The translations under genes were made by a program, and so were the position numbers. This document shows positions 50,715 to 59,765 of a stretch of DNA of 64,000 nucleotides, one piece after another. The notes under the pieces were generated by a model, which was not told the origin of the DNA, made no database searches, and saw only the letters and a program-made list of their open reading frames with translations. The stretch is from Spirochaetia bacterium (GTDB taxonomy: Bacteria; Spirochaetota; Spirochaetia; SZUA-6; Bin103). Within the stretch, counting starts at the first letter, position 1, and every line of letters starts with the position of its first letter. The stretch is taken from positions 3,232,001 through 3,296,000 of the forward strand of contig OZ241907.1 of the NCBI GenBank assembly GCA_965203515.1. The letters are read 5' to 3'.

Positions 50715-53700
50715 GTGAGTCGGCTCAGGTTCTGCCGCACCGCCTGCAGCTCCGTGCGCGCGTCCGCCAGACGTTGCCGCTCCCGCGCCACTACGCCGGC
50801 GGCGGCGTTGGCCAGGAAGCCGGCGTTGTCCAGCTTCCGTTGCGAGGCGTCGATCTGCCGCTGCAGGCGGTCGCGGTACTTGGCAAGGCGCTGCCGCTCG
50901 ACGCCGGCATCGACCACGTCCAGCACGTACACCTCATGGTCGCCGACGACCGCTGATGCCGAACCGGCCGGCGGCGCGCCGTCGGCCGTGAAGCGCAGCG
51001 ACGACAAGCCGGTCGCGCGCCGGATCAGCTCCCCGTAGGCTTCGAGCGGCGACGGGGCGCCGTCTCCCGTCGACCGAATCACGGCATCGAGCGGCTTGCG
51101 GGCCGCCACGCCGTGCCGGGCGCGCAGGTCGCGGACCGCGCGCGCAACGCCGCGGAGCCGGTCGATGCCGGCTTCCAGCGCCGCGTCCTCCACGTCCGGG
51201 TCCGCCGACGGCCAGGCGGCGACCGCCAGCAGCTCGGCGTCGGCCGGCTGCCAGCCGGCGATGCCGCGGCGCGGCGCCAGCTCCCGCAGGCGCGCCCACA
51301 GGGTCTCGGTGATGAACGGCACGAACGGGTGCAGCAGCCGCAGGACGCCGTCGAGCACGGTCGCCGCGGTCTGGCGCGCCGCGCCGGCGTCGGCGTCTCC
51401 GGCCTCCTGCTCCGGCGCAGCCCCATCCGCGGCGGCCAGGCGAGACTTGATCAGCTCCAGGTACCAGTCGCACAGGTCGCCCCAGAAGAACTCCCGCACC
51501 GCGGCGAGCGCGGCCGACGGGCGGTAGCCGGCAAGCTGCTCGCGCACCGCCGCGCAGGTGCGCGACAGGCGCGACAGGATCCATCGGTCCTCGGCCGGCA
51601 GCTCGTCGAGCGTCCGCTCCCGGTACCGATAGCCGCGCAGGTTGATGAACGCGAAGCGCGCCGCGTTCCACAGCTTGGTGCAGAACGCGCGGCCGACCTC
51701 GAACCGATCGCTGATCAGGGTCGCTCCCGGCAGGTCGGGGATGGTGCCCAACACGTCGAACTCCTTGCCGGTGTCGGGACAGAGATAGGTGAAGATGGTG
51801 CGCCCGTGCTCGGCTGCGGCCAGATCGATCGTCTTGCCGGTGAACGGCGACAACGCCTGCACCGGCAGACGGATGTCCTGGCTGCCGGTCTGCAGATCGC
51901 ACATCACGTACCGCAGCGCGTCGCCGCCGTACCGCTCGATGATGTCGACCGGATCGATGCCGTTGCCGGCCGACTTCCGCATCATCTCGCCCTTGCCGTC
52001 CAGGATGTTGGCGTGGATGAAGCAGTGCTCGAACGGCAGATCGCCCAGGTTGTACATGCCGGCGATGACCATGCGCGCCACCCACAGGGTGATGATGTCG
52101 CGGCCGGTCACCAGACAGGAGCCGGGGTAGTAGTAGCTCAGGCAGTCGGCGGCGCCGTCGCCGGCGGCGCCGAGCGGCGTCTGGCCGGGGTCGACCGGGG
52201 CGGTTCCCGGATCGGGCCAGCCGAGCGTGCTGTGCGGCCACAGCGCGCTGGAGAACCAGGTGTCCAGGACGTCCGGGTCCTGCTCGAAGCCGAGCGCCGT
52301 CAGGTCGTCGCCCAGGGCGGTCTCCGCCTCCGCGTCGCGGAGGCAGACGTCGATCTCCGCCTCGCCGGCGCGGCGCGCTTCCTCGATCGTGAGGGCGCGG
52401 CCTTCCTCGCCGACGGCGACGGTGATGTCCCGTATCTGCACCGCCGCGTCGTCGCGCCCCTGCAGGCGCGCGGCCAGATCGAGCGCCCGCCGCAGGCGGT
52501 CGCCCGCGCAACGCGCGGTCCAGATCGGGATCTGGTGGCCCCACCAGAGCTGCCGGCTGATGTTCCAATCGCGCTTTTCGGCCAGCCAGTCGAGGTAGGT
52601 GCGCGCGTAGCGGTCGTCCGGAAAGAAGGCGAGCTTGCGCCCGGTCGGCGACCGCCAGTCGCCGGCCACGGCGTCGATCGCCGCTTGCGCCAGACCGGGG
52701 ATGGTCGCTTCGTTGGCGGTGCCGCGGCCGGCGGTGACGCCGCCGGGCACGTCGCCCATGCGCAGGTACCACTGCCGCGAAAGGTACGGCTCGATCGCCG
52801 TGCCGGAGCGGTCCGAGTGGCCGATCTCGATGCGGTGCGGCTCGGTCCGTTCCAGCAGCCCGGCGCGTTCCAGATCGGCGACCACGCGGGTGCGCGCCGC
52901 GGCGCGGTCGAGCCCGGCGTACGGTCCGGCGGCATCGTTGAGGGCGCCGTCCGGGGCGAGGATGTTGATCAGGCCGATCCGGTCGCGGTGGCGCTGCCAC
53001 ACCTCGAAGTCGTTGGGGTCATGGCCGGGTGTGATCTTCACGCAGCCGGAGCCGACGTCCGGCTTCGCCCACTCGTCGGTGATCAGCGGTATCGGTCGGT
53101 CGAGCAGCGGCAACCGGATCAGGCGGCCGGCCGCTGCCATCTCCGCCAGCCGCACCAGGCCGCCCGGATCGGTATCGCGTCGCCGGCGAAGCCGGGCAAG
53201 CTGCTCGTCCAGGGCCGGCCGCTCCCGTTGCGAGGCGCGTGCGGCGCGCGCTGCCAGACGCTCGACGGCGCGGTCCAGCGCCCTCAGCGGGTGCGGATGG
53301 CAGGCTACCGCGGTGTCGCCCAGCATCGTCTCCGGGCGCGTGGTGGCCACCACCACGTGCGTCGGTTCGCCCGGCGCCGGATCGATCACCGGGTACCGCA
53401 GGTGCCAGTAGGCGCCGTCCACCGTGCGGTAGCCGATCTCGTCGTCGGAGACCGCGGTGCGCAACGCGCAGTCCCAGTTGACCAGGCGCGTGCCGCGGAA
53501 CACCAGCCCGTCGCGGAACAACGACAGGAAGGCGTGGCGCACGGCGCGCGAGCAGACCGCGTCCATCGTGAACCGCTGTCGATCCCAGTCGCACGAGCAG
53601 CCCATCGCCCGCTGCTGCTCGACGATCCGCTGCTGGTACCGGTCCTTCCACTCCCAGATGCGCTGCACCAGGGCGTCGCGGCCGATGTCGTGCCGGGTCT

Positions 53701-54043
53701 TGCCCTCCAGCTCCAGCAGGCGGCGCTCGATCACCGCCTGGGTGGCGATGCCGGCGTGATCGGTGCCGGCCATCCACAGCGTATTGTCGCCCTGCATCCG
53801 GTGCCAGCGGACCAGCAAGTCCTGCATGATGCTGTCCATGGCGTGCCCCATGTGCAGGGCGCCGGTGACGTTGGGCAGCGGCATCATCACCACGTAGCGC
53901 CGCTCGCGGTCGTCGGGGACGGCGCTGAACGCGCGCGCGGCCATCCAGCGCTCGGTCGCCTCCCGTTCGGCCGTAGCGTGGTCGTAACGGGTCGGCAGCG
54001 GCTCGCCGGCGAGCGGCGTTCGTCGATCGTGCTTCGAATCCAT
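50711..54043 (-). CDS. valS: Valine--tRNA ligase
   Basis: PNVTGALHMGH, DHAGIATQ, TTRPET, ISRQLWWGH, DTWFSS, C-terminal coiled coil. Confidence 0.96.
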   Translation of the reverse strand: MDSKHDRRTPLAGEPLPTRYDHATAEREATERWMAARAFSAVPDDRERRYVVMMPLPNVTGALHMGHAMDSIMQDLLVRWHRMQGDNTLWMAGTDHAGIATQAVIERRLLELEGKTRHDIGRDALVQRIWEWKDRYQQRIVEQQRAMGCSCDWDRQRFTMDAVCSRAVRHAFLSLFRDGLVFRGTRLVNWDCALRTAVSDDEIGYRTVDGAYWHLRYPVIDPAPGEPTHVVVATTRPETMLGDTAVACHPHPLRALDRAVERLAARAARASQRERPALDEQLARLRRRRDTDPGGLVRLAEMAAAGRLIRLPLLDRPIPLITDEWAKPDVGSGCVKITPGHDPNDFEVWQRHRDRIGLINILAPDGALNDAAGPYAGLDRAAARTRVVADLERAGLLERTEPHRIEIGHSDRSGTAIEPYLSRQWYLRMGDVPGGVTAGRGTANEATIPGLAQAAIDAVAGDWRSPTGRKLAFFPDDRYARTYLDWLAEKRDWNISRQLWWGHQIPIWTARCAGDRLRRALDLAARLQGRDDAAVQIRDITVAVGEEGRALTIEEARRAGEAEIDVCLRDAEAETALGDDLTALGFEQDPDVLDTWFSSALWPHSTLGWPDPGTAPVDPGQTPLGAAGDGAADCLSYYYPGSCLVTGRDIITLWVARMVIAGMYNLGDLPFEHCFIHANILDGKGEMMRKSAGNGIDPVDIIERYGGDALRYVMCDLQTGSQDIRLPVQALSPFTGKTIDLAAAEHGRTIFTYLCPDTGKEFDVLGTIPDLPGATLISDRFEVGRAFCTKLWNAARFAFINLRGYRYRERTLDELPAEDRWILSRLSRTCAAVREQLAGYRPSAALAAVREFFWGDLCDWYLELIKSRLAAADGAAPEQEAGDADAGAARQTAATVLDGVLRLLHPFVPFITETLWARLRELAPRRGIAGWQPADAELLAVAAWPSADPDVEDAALEAGIDRLRGVARAVRDLRARHGVAARKPLDAVIRSTGDGAPSPLEAYGELIRRATGLSSLRFTADGAPPAGSASAVVGDHEVYVLDVVDAGVERQRLAKYRDRLQRQIDASQRKLDNAGFLANAAAGVVARERQRLADARTELQAVRQNLSRLT

Positions 54044-54143
54044 CGCTTCCCGCCTATACTAACCGAGTCACGATGGCAAACGCTGAGCTCCAGCGAACAG
54101 TGGACGATCGGCGGTCGACGCGGGCTGACGAGAGCCGCCGGTC

Positions 54144-55031
54144 ATGATCGAGGTGCGCGAGGTCGTGAAGCGCTATGGCGGCCACCTGGCGGTCGACCGG
54201 GTCTCGTTCCGCGCCCATGCGGGCGAGATCTTCGGGCTGCTCGGCCCGAACGGCGCCGGCAAGAGCACGATCATCCGCATGATCATGAACATCCTGGCGG
54301 CCGACGCGGGCGAGGTGCTGTTCGACGGCCGGCCGCTCGGCGAGGCGGACAAGGAGCGCATCGGCTATCTGCCGGAGGAGCGCGGCCTGTATCAGCGCCA
54401 GACGGTTCGGGAGGTGCTGACCTACCTGGCGGCGCTCAAGGGCATGCCTCCGGCCCGGTCCGCGGCGGCCATCGACGCCTGGCTGGAACGGTTCGAGCTG
54501 GCCGACTGGCGCGACCGGCGGGTCGAGCAGCTCTCCAAGGGGATGGCGCAGAAGGTGCAGTTCATCGCCGCGGTGGTCCACGATCCGGCGATCGTCTTCT
54601 TCGACGAGCCGTTCGCGGGCATCGATCCGGTCTCCGCCGACGTGCTGCGCGCTGCCCTGGAGGAGCTGGCGCGCGCCGGCAAGACCGTGCTCTTCTCGAC
54701 CCACCTGATGGAGCACGCCGAGCGCATCTGCGAGCGCGTGCACGTCATCGACCGCGGTCGGACGGTGATCGACGGCCGCCTGGCGGAGGTGAAGGACCGC
54801 TTCGGCACCGGCAGCATCCAGGTGGAGATCGACGGCGACGCCGGCTTCCTGCGCGGCGATCCGCTGGTGGCCGGCCTGACCGGCTACCCGAACTACGTCG
54901 AGGTCGAGCCGGCCGCCGGAGTCCCCCCCGAGCGCATCCTCAAGCTGCTGGTCGACCGGGTGCGCGTGCGACGCTTCGAGGTGGTCGCCCCGTCGCTGCA
55001 CCGCATCTTCGTGGAACGCGTGAAGCGGTGA
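54144..55031 (+). CDS. ABC transporter ATP-binding protein (NatA-like)
   Basis: GPNGAGKS, LSKGM, FFDEP. Confidence 0.93.
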   Translation: MIEVREVVKRYGGHLAVDRVSFRAHAGEIFGLLGPNGAGKSTIIRMIMNILAADAGEVLFDGRPLGEADKERIGYLPEERGLYQRQTVREVLTYLAALKGMPPARSAAAIDAWLERFELADWRDRRVEQLSKGMAQKVQFIAAVVHDPAIVFFDEPFAGIDPVSADVLRAALEELARAGKTVLFSTHLMEHAERICERVHVIDRGRTVIDGRLAEVKDRFGTGSIQVEIDGDAGFLRGDPLVAGLTGYPNYVEVEPAAGVPPERILKLLVDRVRVRRFEVVAPSLHRIFVERVKR

Positions 55032-56263
55032 GCGACGTGAGCAAGCTGTGGCTGGTGGCGCGCATGGAGCTGCGCATGGCGGCCATGACCAAGTCGTTCC
55101 TGATCACGACCCTCACCGGCCCCTTCCTCATCGTCGCCCTGGTCGCCCTGCCGCAGGTGCTGGCGCAGAACGCCGCCGAGGATACCTCCTCCCTGGAGGG
55201 AACGACGGTGGCGCTGGTGGGCGCGGACGGGCTGCTGCCGGCGATCCGCGCCGAGCTGGAGCCGCTTGGCATGGTCGTGGAGGCGGCCGGCGAGGCGGCT
55301 CCGCTGTCCGACCGCGTACGCGCCGGCGACCTGGACGGCTACGTGGTGTTTCCGGCCGACCCGCTCGGGGAAGAGTCTCCCCGGTACTTCAGCGACGATG
55401 CGGTCGACATTGCGCTGCGCGCGGCGGTCGACCGCGCGATCGGTCGCGCGGTCGTGCAGCGCCGGCTGGAGCGCGCCGGGCTCGACGTGGACCGCGTCAC
55501 CCGGCTGACCCGGCAGCCGCGGCTGCAGGCGCTGCTGCTCGATGAGGAGGGCGCGGTCGAGCAGGACCTGCAGGAGTCGTTCCTGGTGGTTACCGCGTTC
55601 GTCGGCCTGCTCTACCTGATGCTGGTGCTGTACGGCCAGGCGATCGGCCGTTCGGTGCTGACCGAGAAGACCGGCAAGACCGCGGAGATCATGTTGTCGT
55701 CGCTGCGCCCGTTCGTGCTGCTGGCCGGCAAGGTGACCGGCAAGGGGCTGGCGGGCGTGCTGCAGTATCTGGCGTGGATGCTCATCTCGCTCGTGGCGAT
55801 CGACGTGCTCGGGCCGCTCCTGGGCGTGTCGGTGCCGCCGTTCGTGCGGCCCGGCAACCTGCTGGCGCTGCTGGGATTCTTCGCGCTCGGCTTCCTGCTC
55901 TACTCGGCCGCGTTCGCGATGGCGGGCGCTATCGCCGCCGACGAGCAGAACTTCTCGCAGCTCCTGTGGCCGGTGATGGTGGCGCTGGTGGTGCCGATGC
56001 TGGTGATGCCCTCGGTGCTGATCGACCCCGGCGGGCCGCTGGCGGTCGCGCTGTCGATGGTCCCGGCGACCGCGCCGGTGGTGATGTTCATGCGCGTGAT
56101 ACTCGGCGAGCCCGGCGCGCTCGAGGTGGCGGCGGCCTCAGCCGGCGTGGCGGTGGTGACCGGCGCCGCGGTGTGGGCCGCCGCCAAGGTGTTCCGGCTC
56201 GGCATTCTGCTCACCGGGAAGAAGGGCACCTTCGGCGAGATCGTGCGTCTGTTGCGGACCTAG
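55028..56263 (+). CDS. ABC-2 permease (NatB-like)
   Basis: GTGA-coupled; EKTGKTAEIMLSS, GKVTG; TM pattern. Confidence 0.9.
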   Translation: MSDVSKLWLVARMELRMAAMTKSFLITTLTGPFLIVALVALPQVLAQNAAEDTSSLEGTTVALVGADGLLPAIRAELEPLGMVVEAAGEAAPLSDRVRAGDLDGYVVFPADPLGEESPRYFSDDAVDIALRAAVDRAIGRAVVQRRLERAGLDVDRVTRLTRQPRLQALLLDEEGAVEQDLQESFLVVTAFVGLLYLMLVLYGQAIGRSVLTEKTGKTAEIMLSSLRPFVLLAGKVTGKGLAGVLQYLAWMLISLVAIDVLGPLLGVSVPPFVRPGNLLALLGFFALGFLLYSAAFAMAGAIAADEQNFSQLLWPVMVALVVPMLVMPSVLIDPGGPLAVALSMVPATAPVVMFMRVILGEPGALEVAAASAGVAVVTGAAVWAAAKVFRLGILLTGKKGTFGEIVRLLRT

Positions 56264-56852
56264 CGTCCGTCGCGTAGCGGCGCCGCCCAGCGGCGTCCGC
56301 ATCGATCACCCGCCGTTCGGTGACGACGTGGTGCACCGGCAGGTCCCAGGCGCATGGCCGCACCGAGTCGACCACCTGCGCCTCGAACGCCAGGCCGATG
56401 CGGAGCGCCTGCGCGCTGCGCACCAGGAACCGGTCGTAGTATCCGCCGCCGTAGCCGAGCCGGAAGCCGTTCACGTCGAACGCCAGCCCCGGCACCAGCA
56501 CCGCGTCGATCGACTCCGGCTCCACCGCCGCGGCTTCCGGCGGTGGCTCCATGACGCCCAGGCGGCTGCGCACCGGCGGCGGGCCGGTCAGGAGCGCCGC
56601 GTGCATGGTTCCGGCCGCCGCGACCCGAGGCGCGGCCAGACGGTGCGAGCGGCGCAGTGAGCCGATCAGCTCGCCGGTCTCCACCTCGCTGCGACAGCTC
56701 AGGTAGACCATGACCGTGTCCGCGCCGGCCGCCGCCAACAGGCGCCGGGCACGGGCGCACGCCTGCGCGCTGAGCCGCGCGCGGTCCGGTGCGGGGATGG
56801 CGTCCCGGATGCGGCGCGCCCGCGCGCGCAGGTCGTCTCGGCGGCTCGCCAT
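56211..56852 (-). CDS. 5-formyltetrahydrofolate cyclo-ligase
   Basis: VPGLAFD, RLGYGGGYYDR. Confidence 0.92.
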   Translation of the reverse strand: MASRRDDLRARARRIRDAIPAPDRARLSAQACARARRLLAAAGADTVMVYLSCRSEVETGELIGSLRRSHRLAAPRVAAAGTMHAALLTGPPPVRSRLGVMEPPPEAAAVEPESIDAVLVPGLAFDVNGFRLGYGGGYYDRFLVRSAQALRIGLAFEAQVVDSVRPCAWDLPVHHVVTERRVIDADAAGRRRYATDARSATDARSRRRCPSSR

Positions 56853-56922
56853 ACGGCCCGCAAGCCTACGCCGCGGCGCGCGGCCCCGAAAGGGACGCCG
56901 CGCGCGGTAGTCTTGGGCCGAC

Positions 56923-58653
56923 GTGTTTCGGGTTCCGGGTCTGCTCGTCCTGACCGCCGTCGCGGCGGTGCTCGCCGCGTGCGCGGAGCCGGCCGCGCTG
57001 CGGCTGTCCGTGCATCGTTCGGCCTTGCTCGGCGAACACGCCAACCCGCCGCTCTGGGCGTGGGCGGTGGACGGCGGCGCCGCGGTCGCCGCCGTGGAGG
57101 TATCGCTCGACGGCGCGCCGTACCGGCGGCTCGACCCGTCGGCGCGATCGTTTCGGCCGCCGGCTCCCCTGGAGCCGGGACGGCATACGCTGCGGGTCCG
57201 GGTGCGAACGGCAGGGACGCCGGCGCTGGAGGAATCGGCCGATGCGCAGGTGGCGGCGCTGCCGGGACGGCCGCCGGTTCCCGGCGATCCGTGCTACCGC
57301 GCCGGAGACGACCCGCTCCGGTGCGGCGACGGCAGCGATGCCGGGCAGTGGGCGCTGCGGCAGATACGGCAGCCGGAGGTCTGGCAGGCGCTGGCCGCGC
57401 GGGTGCTGGGCGAGCCCGGGCGCGTGGTGGTGGCGGTGCTCGATACCGGCTACGTCCCGCATCCGGACCTGCTGCGCAACCTCGACGCGGATGCCGGCTA
57501 CGACTTCGTCCGCGACCTGGCCGCCGCCGGCGACGGGGACGGCATCGACCCGGACGCCGCCGATCCCGGGACCGACGGGAGGTGGCATGGGACCGCGATC
57601 GCCGGCGTCATCGCCGCGCAGACCGACAACGGTCGGGAGCTCGCCGGCATGGGGTGGCCGTGGGGCCGGTCGCGGGTCACGATCATGCCGGTCCGCGTCG
57701 TGGGGCGGGGCGGCGCCACGACCTATGACGCCGCGCAGGGTCTGCGCTACGCCGCCGGGCTGGAGAACGACGCCGGCGTCCGGCCGCCCGTGCCGGCCAG
57801 GATCATCAACCTCAGCCTGGCGGAGCAGTTCCCGGGTCCCGGAGACCCGGTGCTGGAGGAAGCGCTGGCACAGGTCACGGCCGCCGGCGCGATCGTGGTT
57901 GCCGCCGCCGGCAACCACCGCTCCAACGTGCGCTTTCCCGCCAACTCGCCGTACACGGTGGCGGTCGGGTCGGTCGACGCGCGCCGAGCGCTCGCGTCGA
58001 CCTCCAACTTCGGGCCGGAGATCGACATCGTCGCGCCGGGCGGCGATGACTCGGCGGAGCTCCGCACGCTGGCTGCCGACCCGCGTCGGGGGCCGCCGCA
58101 CTGGATCGTCGGCAGGGACCACGGGACCTCGCTCGCGGCCGCGCACGTGAGCGGCGCCCTGGCCCTGCTTGCCGGCATCGCCCCGTCGCTCACCCTGAGC
58201 GACGCGCGGTCGGCGCTCGCTGCCTCGGCGGTCGACCTGGGGGCGCCGGGGAGGGACGATCGGTTCGGTCCCGGCCTGCTGGACGCCTTCGCCCTGATCG
58301 GCGCCTACCCGCCGCAGCGCTCCGCGCCGATCGCTCGATCCGGCCGCGACCGGCGCGCCGCCGGCGCCCTGGCGAACGGCGGATCGGCGCCGGGGGGCGC
58401 CGATCCGAGCAGCCTGATCATCCGCTTCCGCGACCGCCGGGCGAGCCGCGCGGCGGCCGCCGAAGCGGGCGAGCGGATGGAGCGGCGCCATGCGGTGGCG
58501 AGGGTCACGGCCGGCGCCGGCGGGTATGCGCTGGTGCGGCTGCGCGACGGTCAGGACCGCGGGCGGATCGAGGCGCAGCTCCGGGCCGACCCGGCGGTGG
58601 CGGCGGTCTACGACAACCGGCTCTATCGGCCGGCCGGAGTCCCGCCGCGGTAG
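56923..58653 (+). CDS. S8 subtilisin-like serine peptidase, lipoprotein
   Basis: Lipobox LAAC; VLDTG, HGTAIAG, AAGN, GTSLAAAHVSG. Confidence 0.9.
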   Translation: MFRVPGLLVLTAVAAVLAACAEPAALRLSVHRSALLGEHANPPLWAWAVDGGAAVAAVEVSLDGAPYRRLDPSARSFRPPAPLEPGRHTLRVRVRTAGTPALEESADAQVAALPGRPPVPGDPCYRAGDDPLRCGDGSDAGQWALRQIRQPEVWQALAARVLGEPGRVVVAVLDTGYVPHPDLLRNLDADAGYDFVRDLAAAGDGDGIDPDAADPGTDGRWHGTAIAGVIAAQTDNGRELAGMGWPWGRSRVTIMPVRVVGRGGATTYDAAQGLRYAAGLENDAGVRPPVPARIINLSLAEQFPGPGDPVLEEALAQVTAAGAIVVAAAGNHRSNVRFPANSPYTVAVGSVDARRALASTSNFGPEIDIVAPGGDDSAELRTLAADPRRGPPHWIVGRDHGTSLAAAHVSGALALLAGIAPSLTLSDARSALAASAVDLGAPGRDDRFGPGLLDAFALIGAYPPQRSAPIARSGRDRRAAGALANGGSAPGGADPSSLIIRFRDRRASRAAAAEAGERMERRHAVARVTAGAGGYALVRLRDGQDRGRIEAQLRADPAVAAVYDNRLYRPAGVPPR

Positions 58654-58678
58654 CGGCTCACCGGCGCACCGGCCCGGC

Positions 58679-59707
58679 TCAGCGCCGCTCCCGGAGCCAG
58701 GCGCGCACGCGCGGGTGGCCGAGCGCGTGCGGATTGAGCACGTGGTCGGGCTGGCGTCCGTGCACGGCGTCGGTCACCTGCTCGAAGGTCTTGGCGTCCA
58801 GGCGCGCCGAGGACTCCACGGTGATGCCGCCCGAGTGGTTGCTGGCGATGACGCGCGGGTGATCGCGATGGATGGCGCGCGGTCCGTCGACCGGATCGTC
58901 CACGACGTAGTAGTAGAGCTTGCCCTCTTCGACGGCGCGGTGGGCCGCCGCGTCGTCGACCAGGGCGCCGCGCGACGGGTTGATCAGCGATGCGTGCGGC
59001 TGCATGAGGGAGAGCTGCTCGTAGCCGACGATGGGATCGGCCCCGGAGACGTGCAGGCTCACCGTGTCGCAGCGCCTGAACAACTCTTCCGGTTCCGCTA
59101 CCGCCGTGGCCCCGTAGCGGGCGGCGATCCGGTCGATGTCCTCGCGGATGTCGTACACCAGCAGCCGGCCGCGGTCGCCGAGCAACGGGAGCGCGCGCTT
59201 GGCGACCTCCCGGCCGATCCGCCCGAACCCGTAGAGGCCGAGGCAGGAGCCCTGCACGTCGAAGCAGCGGATGATCCGCGAGTCGCCGCGGTGGGCCATC
59301 CGGTTGAAGGTGTAGGTGCGCTTCATGGTGGCCAGCCACTGCGCGATGGTGTATTCGGCCACCGTGTCCACGTGCACGGGAGTGACGGTGATCAGCACGC
59401 CGTGGCGCGTGGCGCCGGCGACGTTGACCTGATCGAAGCCGACCCCCCACCGCGCCACGACCCGCAGCTCGCCGGCGGCGGCGTAGAAGTCGTCGGGGAA
59501 CGGGGTGCTGTCGGCGATGACGGCGACCACGCCGGCCGCGTCCGCAGGGGTGAGGTCGGCGGGCAGCTCCCGCACCTCGGCGAGCCGCGTCAGGGCCTCC
59601 AGCCCTGACCGGCGGGCGTCGCCGGCGAACTCCGGGTTCTGCAACTGGCGGCAGACGTAGATGCGCATGGCACCGTCATTCTGCCCGGTCGGCGCGTCTT
59701 CCGCCAT
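58679..59707 (-). CDS. D-isomer specific 2-hydroxyacid dehydrogenase
   Basis: GVGFD, VAEY, GFGRIG, INPSRG; start may be 59668. Confidence 0.9.
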   Translation of the reverse strand: MAEDAPTGQNDGAMRIYVCRQLQNPEFAGDARRSGLEALTRLAEVRELPADLTPADAAGVVAVIADSTPFPDDFYAAAGELRVVARWGVGFDQVNVAGATRHGVLITVTPVHVDTVAEYTIAQWLATMKRTYTFNRMAHRGDSRIIRCFDVQGSCLGLYGFGRIGREVAKRALPLLGDRGRLLVYDIREDIDRIAARYGATAVAEPEELFRRCDTVSLHVSGADPIVGYEQLSLMQPHASLINPSRGALVDDAAAHRAVEEGKLYYYVVDDPVDGPRAIHRDHPRVIASNHSGGITVESSARLDAKTFEQVTDAVHGRQPDHVLNPHALGHPRVRAWLRERR

Positions 59708-59708
59708 G

Positions 59709-59747
59709 CCGGACGGGCGGCGCGGCGTCGCCGCGCCGCCCGTCCGG
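59709..59747. terminator. Perfect 19-bp GC-rich inverted repeat (hairpin, no U tract)
   Basis: ccggacgggcggcgcggcg-t-cgccgcgccgcccgtccgg. Confidence 0.6.
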
Positions 59748-59765
59748 GGGACGTCTCGTGTGCGG

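Noticed and set aside
51113..55027. 1716-aa ORF and other long overlapping ORFs
   Set aside because: GC-rich shadow frames of valS and other genes; only the last ~411 aa (the permease) are supported
56853..56922. 6S RNA upstream of the 5-formyl-THF cyclo-ligase gene
   Set aside because: Only 70 bp before a divergent gene, too short
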